Under the pieces are notes generated by a model. The model saw only the letters and a list, made by a program, of their open reading frames with translations. It made no database searches and had not been told where the DNA came from. DNA of 64,000 nt, taken from an uncultured Gemmatimonadales bacterium (GTDB lineage: Bacteria; Gemmatimonadota; Gemmatimonadetes; Longimicrobiales; RSA9). Positions 43,909 to 55,207 of the stretch are shown here, piece after piece. The translations under genes were made by a program, and so were the position numbers. Every line of letters starts with the position of its first letter. Position 1 is the stretch's first letter. The stretch spans positions 640,001 through 704,000 of the forward strand of contig CAWCRS010000005.1 in the NCBI GenBank assembly GCA_963798085.1, given 5' to 3'.

Positions 43909-44259
43909 TTAGTGGCTCGCGTCCGCGGACGGCAGCGAAAGGGCGCCCGCAATGGCGTCCACGTGCCGCTGCCAGGACGATGTCTGCGCGATCAGCCGCG
44001 CCCGCCCCGCCGCGGTCAGCTCGTAGTACTTCGCCCGCCGGTTGTTCTCCGACGCACCCCACGCCGAACGCACCAGCCGCCGCCGCGCCAGCCGGTGCAG
44101 CGCGGGATACAGCGTGCCTTCCTCGATCAGCAGCGTGGCGCGCGTCGCCTGCTGGATCCACTCCGCGATCGCATACCCGTGCTTCGCTCCCAGACTCAAC
44201 GCCTTCAGGATCAGCAGGTCCACGCTCTCCCGCAGCACGTGCAGGTTCATCTCGGCCAT
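43909..44259 (-). CDS. PadR-family regulator (Acidobacterial ADOP-associated type)
   Basis: DLLILKAL, HGYAI, EEGTLYPALHRL, WGASENNRRAKYYELT. Confidence 0.93.
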   Translation of the reverse strand: MAEMNLHVLRESVDLLILKALSLGAKHGYAIAEWIQQATRATLLIEEGTLYPALHRLARRRLVRSAWGASENNRRAKYYELTAAGRARLIAQTSSWQRHVDAIAGALSLPSADASH

Positions 44260-44768
44260 GGTCGTTCCCGATCTGATAATGGGTCGCAAGCCACGAACGC
44301 CAGCGCGGTCGGAGTTCATGGTCCCCGTCCGTTTGCGGCCGCCGCCCTTGCCTGGCAAGGGATAATAGCGAACCAACCCATTGCCTGACAAGGGGAGCCA
44401 GCCGCAAGGCCGAGGCAGTCGGTGCGCCGCTTGCTGCACCGGCCGACGCGTGTCTGCTTCGGCCTGTCCGGTTGCGACGCCCGGACGACTTCGTGCTGCC
44501 AGTTGATAAGGACGCCGGGGTAGACGGGGTATGCGATCAGCCCCCCGCAGGGCATGCCTTCCCACCGCCTGCGTCCGATGAGAGACGTTTCGAACTGCGC
44601 GAACCGCGCCGCGATTCGCTGGTGGGATCGGACGGCGCCACGTGCAGTGCGGCGCGCGGGGGATTGCTCACGCCGGTTCGCGGTTTCGTCACTGCCTGCT
44701 GACGGCAATGGCGGGGCCGCGTCAGATTCGGGCGTCTGCCGTCGCGTTCCCGTGACCGGGGTTGGAAA

Positions 44769-45629
44769 ATGCGCTCGTCCGCTCTGTTGTGCGTCGCCCT
44801 CCTGTATCCCGGATCGCAGGATACGCGAGGGACCGTCGAGGTGTGTGCCGCCAATCTGCGGGATAACACGGTGTCATGTTACGACGCCGCCACCGGCCAG
44901 CCCGCCGCGCTGGCGGTGGCCGCGGGCGCGGGCGGACTGCGTGCGCCTACGGGTCTGACCTTCGGGCCGGACGGCAACCTGTACGTTTCCAGCAGCGGCA
45001 CCAACCAGGTGTTGCGATTCGACGGGCAGACCGGTGCGTTCCTGGATGTGTTCGTCAGCGACAGCGCACTGGTCCAGCCCTTCAGCGTCATCTTCGGACC
45101 CGATGGGAACCTGTACGTCAGCTCGGGCGCGCGCGGTGTGGTGCTGCGTTTCGATGGCCGGACCGGCAGGCTGCTGAACGTGGCCGCACGGACGGACTCG
45201 CTGAAGACCCCCATCGGTCTGGAGTTCGACCGCGATGGCCGTCTCTACGTGGCCAATGCGGGTGGCAACAACGTGTCCCGTTTCAATGCGCGCACGGGTC
45301 AGCGCATCGATGTCTTCGCGGTGGACGGCCTGCGCTTTCCTTCGGATGTGGCCATTGATGGTGCCGGCGACATCTATGTGTCCAGCGCTTTCGCCGGTCG
45401 CATCCTGCGCTACGACGGGGTCAGCGGTGCGCTGCGTGGCGTGGTCGGCACGTTGCCTGACATGGGCGTACCGGTGGGCATCCGGTTCCTGCCGGATGGC
45501 GACCTGGTGGTGGCGGACTTCGCGAAGAGCCGGCTCTATCGTCTACCACGCGCCGGCGGTGATCCCGTGCTGCTGACGGATCAGCGGCTGGCCGGGCCCG
45601 AAAATCTGGCCGTCAGAGTGAGGCAGTAG
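44769..45629 (+). CDS. NHL/Vgb-like beta-propeller secreted protein
   Basis: Repeated P.GL.FGPDGNLYVSS...VLRFDG.TG. Confidence 0.85.
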   Translation: MRSSALLCVALLYPGSQDTRGTVEVCAANLRDNTVSCYDAATGQPAALAVAAGAGGLRAPTGLTFGPDGNLYVSSSGTNQVLRFDGQTGAFLDVFVSDSALVQPFSVIFGPDGNLYVSSGARGVVLRFDGRTGRLLNVAARTDSLKTPIGLEFDRDGRLYVANAGGNNVSRFNARTGQRIDVFAVDGLRFPSDVAIDGAGDIYVSSAFAGRILRYDGVSGALRGVVGTLPDMGVPVGIRFLPDGDLVVADFAKSRLYRLPRAGGDPVLLTDQRLAGPENLAVRVRQ

Positions 45630-46119
45630 CGGCCGGAGTGGTGCCGGCGATCGTCGCTGCGCGCGCTTGCGCTCCGGCGCTCACACCATACATCGCCACC
45701 CGCCAGCCGCTGGCTGTCAGCACCAGTATGACCGATTCGCGCGAGTGCGGCGCCGTCTTCGACTGGAACGTCATGCGCGCGTAGTGGCCATCGGGCGCAC
45801 CCTCCGGTGTGAATGCAGGCTCCCAGCTGACCACCTCGCGATCGCTCGACACCGGATAACGCGACCTTGCCTGGCCGGCGAACTGCTTCCAGTGATCTGC
45901 GGAGCCCACGATCTGCCGGAAGAGCGGAGCGGCACTGTCGATGCTGGCGCCAAACTCGCCGTTATCCACGAGCCGCAGCCACACGGTAGCGGCGCGGTAC
46001 GCGGCCGCGGAATCAGCCGCCTGCGCCGCGGCGGGCGAGCTGACGGCGGCCGTGACCAGCGTGGCCACCAGCAGGGCAGGAACTGCGCGTGCGCTTCTCA
46101 TAGTGACCTTTCGAATCAT
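45613..46119 (-). CDS. DUF4019-like secreted protein
   Basis: WLRLVDNGEF, GAPDGHY, GWRVAMY; similar to 58908-59363. Confidence 0.75.
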   Translation of the reverse strand: MIRKVTMRSARAVPALLVATLVTAAVSSPAAAQAADSAAAYRAATVWLRLVDNGEFGASIDSAAPLFRQIVGSADHWKQFAGQARSRYPVSSDREVVSWEPAFTPEGAPDGHYARMTFQSKTAPHSRESVILVLTASGWRVAMYGVSAGAQARAATIAGTTPAATASL

Positions 46120-46225
46120 GGACGATGCCGGCGCAGCGCCGGCTCGCCTGCACTACGCGCAGGTCGTGCTCGAGAATCAATGCTGCCGCGCATCCGCACA
46201 GGCATTGTGGCGAATGGCGTCTGCT

Positions 46226-47155
46226 TCAGGGCTGGCGTACGCAGCGGTACGCGTGGTACAGCGGCTGGCGCTGTTTCGAGCGCACGAACACGCCTCCCGC
46301 GTAGGTGATGATGAAAGCCTGAGTGGGAGTCGCTTCGGTCGCGGTCCACCAGTAGATGACCGGCGAGTGCGGATCCCAGAGCGGCGATTCCTTGTCGGGT
46401 CGGGTCGCGTAGCGCGCGTGCCGTCGCACTGCGTCCCATTCGCCACCTGCGTTCCGTCCGTGCCTCGCCATCGAGCGCACAGCCTGCTCCACGGTGGGCA
46501 GCTGCCAGTCACCCAGCGCCGTCGAGTCCAGTGCCGTACCGTCCTGGGTGAGGTGCGCACAGCGCGTTTTCGCTTCCTCCCAGCTCAGGCCGCCTGCCTG
46601 CGGCCAACCCGGCCCGACGGGTGCCCAGAGCAGTCGCACACCGTTGCCCTCGACGAGACGCGGCCCGCGGTCGCCATCATCAACGCGCCCTGCCACCCGC
46701 CACGCGGGCTCTGCGCCGGCCGCGAGCAGTACGAGGGTGGGCAGTAGCAGCACCAGCAGCAGCGCGAGCCGTCGTGGCGCGGGCCGACCGAACCAGTAGA
46801 GCAGGCCGAGCCCTATGAGCGGCACACCCACGAACTGCACACCCGCGCCCCGGCGGAAGAACCAGATCGCGAAGACACCGGCAGCCGCGTGCAGCACGCC
46901 TCCCACGCGCGGCCAGCGGATCGCGGCCGCGCCAACGCCCATGAACGCGGCCAGCGGGACGAGATACTGCAGGAAGAGCATGCCCAGGTTGCGGGCCAGG
47001 GAAACGTCGTACCAGCCTTCGTGGAAATTCTCGATGATGCCCCAGAAAGCCCACAGGCAGGCGAGACAGGTGGAAATCCCGACCGCGATCCAGCCTGCCC
47101 AGCGCGCACGCCTCCCATTCGCCGAGCTGGACGGGAGCGTGATCTGCGAACTCAT
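46226..47155 (-). CDS. Membrane protein with DUF1566 (Lcl-like) C-terminal domain
   Basis: Several TM helices, then SWEEAKTRC, DWQLPT..Q, YWWT, YRCVR. Confidence 0.8.
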   Translation of the reverse strand: MSSQITLPSSSANGRRARWAGWIAVGISTCLACLWAFWGIIENFHEGWYDVSLARNLGMLFLQYLVPLAAFMGVGAAAIRWPRVGGVLHAAAGVFAIWFFRRGAGVQFVGVPLIGLGLLYWFGRPAPRRLALLLVLLLPTLVLLAAGAEPAWRVAGRVDDGDRGPRLVEGNGVRLLWAPVGPGWPQAGGLSWEEAKTRCAHLTQDGTALDSTALGDWQLPTVEQAVRSMARHGRNAGGEWDAVRRHARYATRPDKESPLWDPHSPVIYWWTATEATPTQAFIITYAGGVFVRSKQRQPLYHAYRCVRQP

Positions 47156-47435
47156 GGTTAGCGGGTGCCTTGCTGGTCAGCGCGCGTGACGCTTCTCACC
47201 GGGATCCAACTGCGCAGGTCGCTCTCCCTGATCACGAGTTCCTCTTGACATTGCCGCAGACGACGAGTGCATCCGGCTGCGCCCGCGGACAGGGCTGCCG
47301 GTTCTGGCTGGCAAGCGGAGCTGCCGCCGCCACTGTGAACGCTGCTGCAACCAGCTGCGTCCTCCGCTGTTCATCGCCGATCAGCATCCCAGGATACATG
47401 TACCCTGCGGGCCTCGCCGCCCGTGCCGATTCCCG

Positions 47436-48734
47436 TCAGCTGGAAGAAAAGGGTCCGCTCACACTGAGTACCCGGTCGCTTTCATCATCGCTCGTCAGCA
47501 CGATCACCCAGTAGCGCGCGCCGCCGGGCTCGACGCGTACCACGATATGGCCGGGCGGTCCTGCCACGCGGGAGGCGCGTGCGCCGATCACGGTGCGCGC
47601 CGCGGGCCGCATGTCCGTGACGAACACGCGCCGGTCCGCCGGCGGCAGGCGGCTGTTCATGATGCGCTTGAGCACGTCGGGCGCGGGATGACTGGGCGCC
47701 CAACTCGGTATTATCAGGACCGTGGATGCCAGCGCGGCCAGCATGGGCTCGGACTCCTCTCCCATCGAGCCGTGCTGGTCGACGACGTGTACGCTCACGC
47801 GTCCCACCGCCTGCGCCAGCGCGGTCTCCACCGCGTGCCATGCGGGGAAGCCGGGATCCGGTGTGCCCGGCAGGTCGCCGCCCGTGAAGTAGCGGAACGC
47901 ACCGTAGCGCACGCGCAGGCCGAGGCTGCACATGTTCTCGTTCGGCCAGTCCGCGGTGGCCAGCGCATTCAGCGGCGGAAACAGCGGGCGCGTCGCCTCG
48001 CCGCTGCCCGTCCACACTTCGCCGTTCCCGATGATGTTGCGCACCTCGAAATCCCCGTACCGCTCTGGATCGTGCCGCAGCCGGATCTGCGTGCCCGATC
48101 CCGGACGGAAGCGCTCGACCTGCATGCCACGCCGCTGTTGCGCGGCAATGAAGCGGCGGTAGTTCGCCGTGGTGGAGTCGGTGAGCGGCGCGGGATAGTC
48201 GTAGCCGGGCCAGCCGCGATCGATGAGCGTGCCGATGCGCAGCGCGTCTCCCACCTGCGTGATGCCCGTGAGCCGGTAGCTGTGGCTGCTGTCCCAGGGC
48301 GATGCCGGCAGCAGCTGGCCGAAATGGTCGGCGTGGAAATGCGTGATCAGCGCGTAATCCAGACCTGCGCCGGCGGCCGGCAGGTGGCGCTGCACGTAGC
48401 GCGCGATCCATTCGCCGGGCGCGCGTGAGCCATCGGGGTGCGGCTCCGTCTCGGGAATGCCATCCCCGGCCGCGCCCGCATCCACGAGCAGCGTGGTGCC
48501 ATCGGGCAGAATGAACAGCGCGGCATTGCCGCGGCCGGTTGCGATCTGGTGGATGTCGAGCATCCCCGGCGTCCATGGCGGCAGTGCGGCACCGACGGTC
48601 GCGGGTGCCTGCGCCGCCCCGGAACCCGCGGCCAGGGCGAGGCTGATGCAGGCCGCGCGGAAGCGGCGGCTGCGCGCAGGCGGATGGAACCGGAAGCGTC
48701 GCCTGAAATACGTTGTTAGAAGCCCGCAGCGCAT
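47436..48734 (-). CDS. MBL-fold (ComEC-like) secreted hydrolase
   Basis: LDIHQIATGRGNA, LLVDAG, THFHADH, FTGGD, HG; start uncertain. Confidence 0.85.
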   Translation of the reverse strand: MRCGLLTTYFRRRFRFHPPARSRRFRAACISLALAAGSGAAQAPATVGAALPPWTPGMLDIHQIATGRGNAALFILPDGTTLLVDAGAAGDGIPETEPHPDGSRAPGEWIARYVQRHLPAAGAGLDYALITHFHADHFGQLLPASPWDSSHSYRLTGITQVGDALRIGTLIDRGWPGYDYPAPLTDSTTANYRRFIAAQQRRGMQVERFRPGSGTQIRLRHDPERYGDFEVRNIIGNGEVWTGSGEATRPLFPPLNALATADWPNENMCSLGLRVRYGAFRYFTGGDLPGTPDPGFPAWHAVETALAQAVGRVSVHVVDQHGSMGEESEPMLAALASTVLIIPSWAPSHPAPDVLKRIMNSRLPPADRRVFVTDMRPAARTVIGARASRVAGPPGHIVVRVEPGGARYWVIVLTSDDESDRVLSVSGPFSSS

Positions 48735-48768
48735 GCGCAGCCGGGCTGCCTGATCCTCGACCGCGTCA

Positions 48769-49416
48769 TCAGCGCGTGGCGTGCAGCCGGTCGTAGTACG
48801 CCTGTATGCGCCGCACATAGGTCAGTGTTTCCTGGTAGCGCCAGCGCGGCACTTTGGGGGCAACGATTTCGATGCTGGGCCAGCGTGCGTGATCCAGCTT
48901 CTCGCGCTCGGCCGTCTCCGCCGCGCGCGTGATCGTGCCCTGGCCGGCATTGTAGCTGCCGAACATGAAGGAGCTGCGCTCGCCTTCCGCCACGTCCCGC
49001 GACCACACCCGCCACAGGTGGCGATCCTGCAGGATGCCGGCCGCAATGTTCCATTCGGGATCATCGATCGAGCCGAATTCCGGGCGCTGCGACTGGATCT
49101 CCTGGTACGTGCTGGGCATGAGCTGCATGAGTCCGCGCGCGCCCACACTGCTCTCGGCGTCCGGCTGCAGGCTGCTCTCCGCCATGGCCTGCGCCTTGAA
49201 CAGCCGCCAGTCCCAGCCCGGCCCGAAGTAGCGCTTCGAGTATTTCCGGAAAGTCGGGTCGAACTCGTCGGCGCTGCGGGCACTGGCGCGCGCCACGGCC
49301 GCGCGCTCGAGCGCATCGCCCACCTGCTGCAGCGTTGACTTCTGCGGTGTTGCGGCCGTGTGCGCCTGCGTCGCGCCCAGGATGATCAGCAGAGCCGCGA
49401 ACACCCGGATCTTCAT
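48769..49416 (-). CDS. Lytic transglycosylase (SLT domain, MltF-like)
   Basis: QAMAESS, GARGLMQLMP, SYNAG, ETLTYV. Confidence 0.92.
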   Translation of the reverse strand: MKIRVFAALLIILGATQAHTAATPQKSTLQQVGDALERAAVARASARSADEFDPTFRKYSKRYFGPGWDWRLFKAQAMAESSLQPDAESSVGARGLMQLMPSTYQEIQSQRPEFGSIDDPEWNIAAGILQDRHLWRVWSRDVAEGERSSFMFGSYNAGQGTITRAAETAEREKLDHARWPSIEIVAPKVPRWRYQETLTYVRRIQAYYDRLHATR

Positions 49417-49426
49417 GGTCGCCCTC

Positions 49427-49630
49427 TCAGCTGAGTGCATTGCCGATGATGATGGCAATGGCGAGGAACAGGGCGGCAATGAAGATGGCGACGGCGATAT
49501 TGCCGCGCTTCAGTTCCTCGGGGAAATCGACGTGGGGCGTGAGCCGGTCGATGACGCGGTACGTCCCATACATGAGCACGACACCGAGAACCGCATAAAC
49601 GAAATTGAGCACCATGATCGAGAGCTGCAC
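49427..49630 (-). CDS. DUF350 small membrane protein
   Basis: IDRLTP..DF.EELKRGNIAVAI; GGGAGG RBS. Confidence 0.85.
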   Translation of the reverse strand: MQLSIMVLNFVYAVLGVVLMYGTYRVIDRLTPHVDFPEELKRGNIAVAIFIAALFLAIAIIIGNALS

Positions 49631-49840
49631 CGCACCCTCCCAGGCTCGTCCGTCGGCAGAAGCTCGCGCTGTCCATGGGTCACCAGTTCACGGCGGGCCG
49701 GGCCGCCGCTGCTGCTTTCGCAATGGTAGGCACACCGCCGCCGTCTGACAACAGTCGGCTGGACGGCCCGGCTGCGCCGTGCGCGGGGAGAAGCGGGCTG
49801 CGGCTGGAACATCGCGAGCTGCGCCGCCAGGGCGAAGCGC

Positions 49841-51028
49841 TCAGGTGGCGGAACGGCGCAGGGCGTAGCGACGCACGTGGTCCACGCCCAGCGCGTCGCG
49901 CCAGGCGCCGAGCACGAAATCGTGTCCGATCTGCTGCGCACTGAAGCGGCCGGGCATGCGCAGCGCGCCCAGCGCGGCGCCGGTCGCGTCGAACACGGCC
50001 CATGTGGCTGGCTCCACCGTATGCGCGCGGAACGCCTCCGCCCATACATTGCCATCCGCATCAACCAGCAAACGCTGGAACACGGGCATGGCATCAGGCA
50101 GCGGCATCTTCGCGTAGAGGCGTCGCAGTTCCGCCACCGTGGCGGCGTCCTTCTCGCCGGCCACGCGCTCGTCGACGGCTTCGTCGAAATCCTGCTTCGT
50201 AACCCTGCGGCCGGGTTGCTGCACCCGCGTGATGCCGCGGAGCGCTCCCTTCGCGTCGTAGCGCTGCACTTCGGCGGTGCCGGTCGTCAGGTAGAAGCAG
50301 TCGCGGCCGGCGGTCAGACTGGTCGGGATGTCGAACGGCACTTCCGTGAACGACGGCTGGCCGTTGTGGTTGCCGGCAAACAACTGCTGGCTGGGGAATC
50401 GGCCCACTGTGTCGGTCGTACCCGCCGCCAGATCGCGGAGCAGCACAACCATGTCGTTAGCCATGACGCCTTCCGCCGGATTGAAGGCAAGCGCCGCGGT
50501 ATTGCTGGTGGCCAGCAGCCGCAGCCACGACACCTGGCCTGCGGCGCTGCCGAAGCGACCGTTGAACCTGACGCTGCGCGCGTAGTTGCCGTGGCTGTCG
50601 AGCACTGTGAAGCCGCCGCCGAAATCGCTGATCAGCAGCGAATCCAGCGCGGCCGACGGAACGAGCGAGGGGAAGCGATACTCGCCCGGACCGCTGCCCT
50701 GACGCCCTGTTTGGGAGAGCAGCGCGCCGGCCTTGTCGAAGAACCGTATCTGCTGCGTGCCCTGATCGACCACGACCAGCCGGCCGTCGGGAAGCATCGC
50801 CATGCCGCCCAGCCGGAACCACTGCCGCGTCGAGTCGCTCTCGCTGCCACCGATGTCGAGGTCGGGAATGGTATCCACACGCCAGCGGCTCGCGGCCCAC
50901 GCCGTCGCCCCGTCATTCTCGACAATGGCAATGCCCGCGCTGTCCCGGCGCACCGGGCCGGCGCCCTGGTGCCCCGCGTCCCGTGTGCAGCAGGGCAGCA
51001 ATGCCGACAGCAGCAACGCGGCCACCAC
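49841..51028 (-). CDS. 6-bladed beta-propeller lipoprotein
   Basis: RDSAGIAIVEN, GRQGSGPGEY, RDALGVDHVRRY; start uncertain. Confidence 0.8.
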   Translation of the reverse strand: MVAALLLSALLPCCTRDAGHQGAGPVRRDSAGIAIVENDGATAWAASRWRVDTIPDLDIGGSESDSTRQWFRLGGMAMLPDGRLVVVDQGTQQIRFFDKAGALLSQTGRQGSGPGEYRFPSLVPSAALDSLLISDFGGGFTVLDSHGNYARSVRFNGRFGSAAGQVSWLRLLATSNTAALAFNPAEGVMANDMVVLLRDLAAGTTDTVGRFPSQQLFAGNHNGQPSFTEVPFDIPTSLTAGRDCFYLTTGTAEVQRYDAKGALRGITRVQQPGRRVTKQDFDEAVDERVAGEKDAATVAELRRLYAKMPLPDAMPVFQRLLVDADGNVWAEAFRAHTVEPATWAVFDATGAALGALRMPGRFSAQQIGHDFVLGAWRDALGVDHVRRYALRRSAT

Positions 51029-51066
51029 GGCGCCGCGCAGCCGCAGCTCGATAATGCGCTGTTTCG

Positions 51067-52305
51067 TCAGCTCAGCTCCTCGAGCGTCTGCAGGGCATAG
51101 GCGACGTGCAGTGCCGTCCCCGTGGGCAGCGCGTCCTCGTCCATGAGGAAGCGCGGATGGTGCACGTAGTAGCTGGCGCCGATCTTCTCGTTGCGCATGC
51201 CCAGGCCCACGAAACAGCCGGGCACGTGCTGCAGGTAGTACGCGAAATCCTCGCCACCCATGATGGCCGGCGACTCGAGCACGCGCTCGCTGCCCAGCAT
51301 TTCGCCGCACACCGCCTGCGCCACGTTCCAGCAATGCGCATCGTTGACGGTGGGCGGATAGTCATGGCCCGGGAAATCGACCTCGACCTGGCAGCGGTTG
51401 GCCTGCCCAATGAGTGTGGCGATCTCGCGCACACGCGTCTGCAGTATCTTGAGGTCGGCGAGTGTCAGCGCGCGCAGCGTGCCGGTCAGCTCCACCGATT
51501 GCGGAATCACGTTGAAGGCTTCGCCGCCGTGCATGGTCGTGATGCTGACAACGCCCGAATTGAGCGGATCCAGCTCGCGCGCGATGAGGGTCTGCAGCTC
51601 GACGATCACCTTGGCCGCGGTCACGACGGGGTCGACCGTGAGGTGCGGTGTGGCCGCATGGCCACCGCGACCGGTCACGACGATGCGCAGCATGCCGGCG
51701 GCGGCCAGGAACGTGCCGGCCCGCCCGGCCACGTAGCCGGAGGGCACGAACGGCCACACGTGCAGACCGAACACGCGCTGCACGTGCGGATTCTCCAGCG
51801 CGCCTTCCTCACACATTCGATCGCCGCCCGCACCGCCTTCCTCCGCCGGCTGGAACAGCAGCTTCACCACACCCGGCAGCTCGGCTTCCCTCGACTTCAG
51901 CAGTCGCGCGGCGCCCAGCAGCATCGCCGTGTGACAGTCGTGCCCGCACGCGTGCATTTTGCCATCCACCTCGCTGCGGAACGGCACATCCGCCTCCTCG
52001 TGAATGGGCAGCGCATCCATGTCCGCGCGCAGCGCAATGCACGGCCCGGCACCGCTGCCAATGGTGGCGACGACGCCCGTCTCCGCTACCGGCGCGCGAT
52101 AGGAAATCCCCAGTCCATCGAGCGTCTCGCGCACCAAGCGACTGGTCTCGAACTCCTCGTACATCAGCTCCGGCCGCCGGTGCAGGCGACGCCGCAGGGC
52201 CACGATCCAGCCCTGTATGGCACGCGCCTCGCCCAGTATCGTGCGTGCGCTCACACCCGCCTGTTCGAGGGCAGCCGACCCCGTTGCTGCGGCATCCTGT
52301 GTCAC
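51067..52305 (-). CDS. M20D amidohydrolase
   Basis: [47 protein letters not shown] before GTG. Confidence 0.93.
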   Translation of the reverse strand: MTQDAAATGSAALEQAGVSARTILGEARAIQGWIVALRRRLHRRPELMYEEFETSRLVRETLDGLGISYRAPVAETGVVATIGSGAGPCIALRADMDALPIHEEADVPFRSEVDGKMHACGHDCHTAMLLGAARLLKSREAELPGVVKLLFQPAEEGGAGGDRMCEEGALENPHVQRVFGLHVWPFVPSGYVAGRAGTFLAAAGMLRIVVTGRGGHAATPHLTVDPVVTAAKVIVELQTLIARELDPLNSGVVSITTMHGGEAFNVIPQSVELTGTLRALTLADLKILQTRVREIATLIGQANRCQVEVDFPGHDYPPTVNDAHCWNVAQAVCGEMLGSERVLESPAIMGGEDFAYYLQHVPGCFVGLGMRNEKIGASYYVHHPRFLMDEDALPTGTALHVAYALQTLEELS

Positions 52306-52446
52306 GGCTCCTCCGCCGTTGCAGTCGCGCATGTTTCGATCGCTGCGAGCCGCGCAGCCGACGATGCTCGTCCGTGCGCTCGCTCGGCCCAAGATAAGGC
52401 GGCGCTGCGGGCTGGCCAAACGGATAGCGATCCAACGCGGGGAAAT

Positions 52447-52718
52447 GCGTTGCTGGGGCTGGTTGCTCGGGAACGACGCGTGGCGTTGCTCGGGCTGGTT
52501 GGTCGGGAGCGGATACGGACGGAAACTGCGAGTGCGTTGCTCGGGCTGGTTACTTGGGAACGGCGAGTGTTGTTCGGGCTTATTGGGGTGCTCGTTGGTC
52601 GGGAACGGATTCAGACTGAAACGGCCGGGGCGTTGCTTCGGCTGGTGGCTCGGGGTCGGGTGCGATCGGGTGCGAATGGAAACCGTGCGCGCGTTACCGG
52701 GCGCTGCGGTTGTTCGAG
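52447..52718. repeat. Degenerate array of ~11 GTTGCTCGGG motifs, mostly paired at 13-bp spacing
   Basis: Copies at 52449, 52462, 52485, 52498, 52536, 52549, 52569, 52594, 52632, 52645, 52709. Confidence 0.85.
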
Positions 52719-52843
52719 CGGGCGGTGTGCAACGAACCTGTGCGATCGCTCTGCTCATGGTGCGCAGGGGGTGGTCGTCGCCGGTTGGGTACGCGGCGAC
52801 GACCCTGCTGCTGTCGGTGTGTGCGCTTCTCGGGTCTGCGAAG

Positions 52844-55002
52844 TCAGCGCAGGTGGGGCACGGCGTCGGCGCGGGCGCGCAGTGAGTCCACGCGCGCGGC
52901 CATGCTGCGCAGGTCGCCGGCCAGCGTGACCAGGCGCTCGCGCACACTGTTCGCGCTGAGATTCTCGCTGCGGAATTCGTCGACCCATTCCTGCACGCCA
53001 TCAATGCGACTGACCATCTGCGCCTGTGCCGAGCGCGACGCGCTGAGCTGGCCCTGCAGCTCCGTGAGCTGCGTGTTCACCGCGCCCAGTGTCTGACGCA
53101 GGAGCAGCGCGGTTTCACTGACCGCACGCAGGTTGTCCTGCATGGCCTGATCCTGTGTCATCAGCGCATCCAGCCGCGTGTTCGTCTTGTGCGTGGCATC
53201 CAGCAGCTGGCGAATGGTCTGATCGTTGTTGCGAATGCGTTGTGCATGCTGTTCCAGCCTGCGCTCGTGATCGAATGTACGCGGACTGCCAGAGCTTGTT
53301 GACCTCGTTCTCGACGAAGCTGCGCACGTTGCCGATGCTGTCCTGCAGCAGTTCCTGGCGCGCGACTTGACTCTCGTCCAGCTTCGCGGTGGTGTTCCAG
53401 AGCAGGCGCAGGGAGCCGTCCGCATCGCGCAGGCTGTTGTGCGCTTCCGTCAGCTGATGCTCGAGCTGCCCGAATGCGGTGATTGACCCACCAGTAGCCG
53501 CCGCCCGCACCTGCCGCCATCAGCGCGAGCGTCGCGGCGTACAGCATCAGAATGCGATTGCGACGCTGCGCCGCCGCCGTTTCCGCAGCGCCGGTGGCTG
53601 CACCGGCGCGCGCATCCCTTCCCGACCTCGCCTCCTTCGGCCGCAGATCGAGCGGCACATTCGGACGCCTGGCCACGACGTCCCTGGCGGGCGGCTTGTC
53701 CGGCGCATCCGCCGCTTCGGTTGTGACCGGCAGGAATGGCAACGGCCTGGCGGGTGGCGAGTGTGGTCCCGGCAGCACAGCGGGGGTCGCCGATGGTGAG
53801 GCATCCGGCGCTGTCGCCCGGACGGGCGTTGTCCCGGATACCGATGCCGGCTCCACTGCCGGCTCGACGCCGGCAGCTGCGTCGGCGCCAGCAGGCGCCT
53901 TCTTTGTCGCGTCAACCGGCACGAACGGCGAGTTGATCGGCGGCACTGCGTGTGCCGCGCCGCGGAGGGCGCCGGAGCGGACGGCGCCGGGAGCTTGGGC
54001 GGCGCGAACCGCGCGTGGGCTGCAGGCGTCACCGTCGGTGCGGACGTCTGCGGTGCGTCCGGTACGCGCTTTTGCGGCGCCGCCTTCTGACTGGCGGGCG
54101 CTGCCTTCTCTGGCGCCACCGGGTGACCGCCCGCCGATTCGACAGGTCGGGATGCCGGTGGCATGAACGCTGTCGGATCGCGTGGAGCCGGGCGCCGGTG
54201 CGGCGCTGCGGCCTGCACGCGCGCGTCGGAACTGGATAGCGGCGCAGCCGGCACCGCGGCCGGTCCGGGCAGCCTCGCCGACGGACGTGGAGGTGGAGCC
54301 TGCACGGAAGACGACGATGGCTTCGTCGGCGGCGCAGCCTGCGCGGGAGATACCTGCTTCACCGGAAACGTAGTCTGCGCGCGAGTTGCCGGCTTCGCGG
54401 GAGACGCGGACTGTCCGGGAGATGCCTGCTGCGCGGGAGATACCTGTTTCGCGGGCGGCGTGGCCTGCGCCGGAGACACCGGATTCGTGGGAGGCGGCGC
54501 GGTCATGACGCCTGGTTGTGCAGCGGCAGCTGATGATCCGGACGCGACGGGCTGCGCGGGCCCACGCTGCGCGGCCCCGCCTGCCGCGGCAGCTGCAGCT
54601 GAGGTGCGGTGCGCGCCGGGTGGCGTCATCAATGGCTGCACTGCCGCCGTACGCGGAGGCGAGAGATGCAACGGAGCCTCTGGACGCGGGCGTCTGCGTC
54701 GGCAGAGAAGACGCGGGCGCGCCTGAAGACTGGGCAGCTGGCGGCTGCGCCTGAGCCGGGTCGGAACTCGTCGGGGGCGGTGCGGTCTCGGCGTTTTCGT
54801 TCGCCAGCTTTGCCTGCCTTGCCTGGATCGCCTGCATGGCGCGGCGGATCGGCTTGTCCTGCTCGTCCTGCCTGGCCTGCGCTTTCCGCTTTGCCTGCTC
54901 AGCGCGCTGCGCCTTCCGGCTCTGCCTGCCCTGGCGGAGCTTCTTTTCCGGGGCTTTGCGGACAGGCGGCGGCGGCTCTTCCAGAGGATGGTACATGGTC
55001 AC
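52844..55002 (-). CDS. Pro/Ala-rich single-pass membrane protein with long C-terminal coiled coil (several frameshifts as assembled)
   Basis: Charged N-terminus, SPAQ repeats (54337-54480), [28 protein letters not shown], heptads continuing across shifts at ~53474 and ~53275. Confidence 0.7.
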
Positions 55003-55207
55003 ACGTCCGGCCGAAGGGAGAGTCTGGTCACCGGTTGGACCCTCTGCGGTATGTCTGATAGATGCGCCTGACCGGGGTCACGGTTGCATTGAAACGCCCG
55101 AGTGCCTGGCAGCGGGGTGCGATGCAGGCGCCCGATCCAAACCCTGCGTTGGCAGATTCTGGCCCGGCAATGTCACCGGCAAGGGGGGTGAGGCGAATGG
55201 CACGGCG

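Noticed and set aside
52447..52718. CRISPR array
   Set aside because: Repeats are degenerate, spacers are short, irregular and similar to each other, and there are no cas genes in the window
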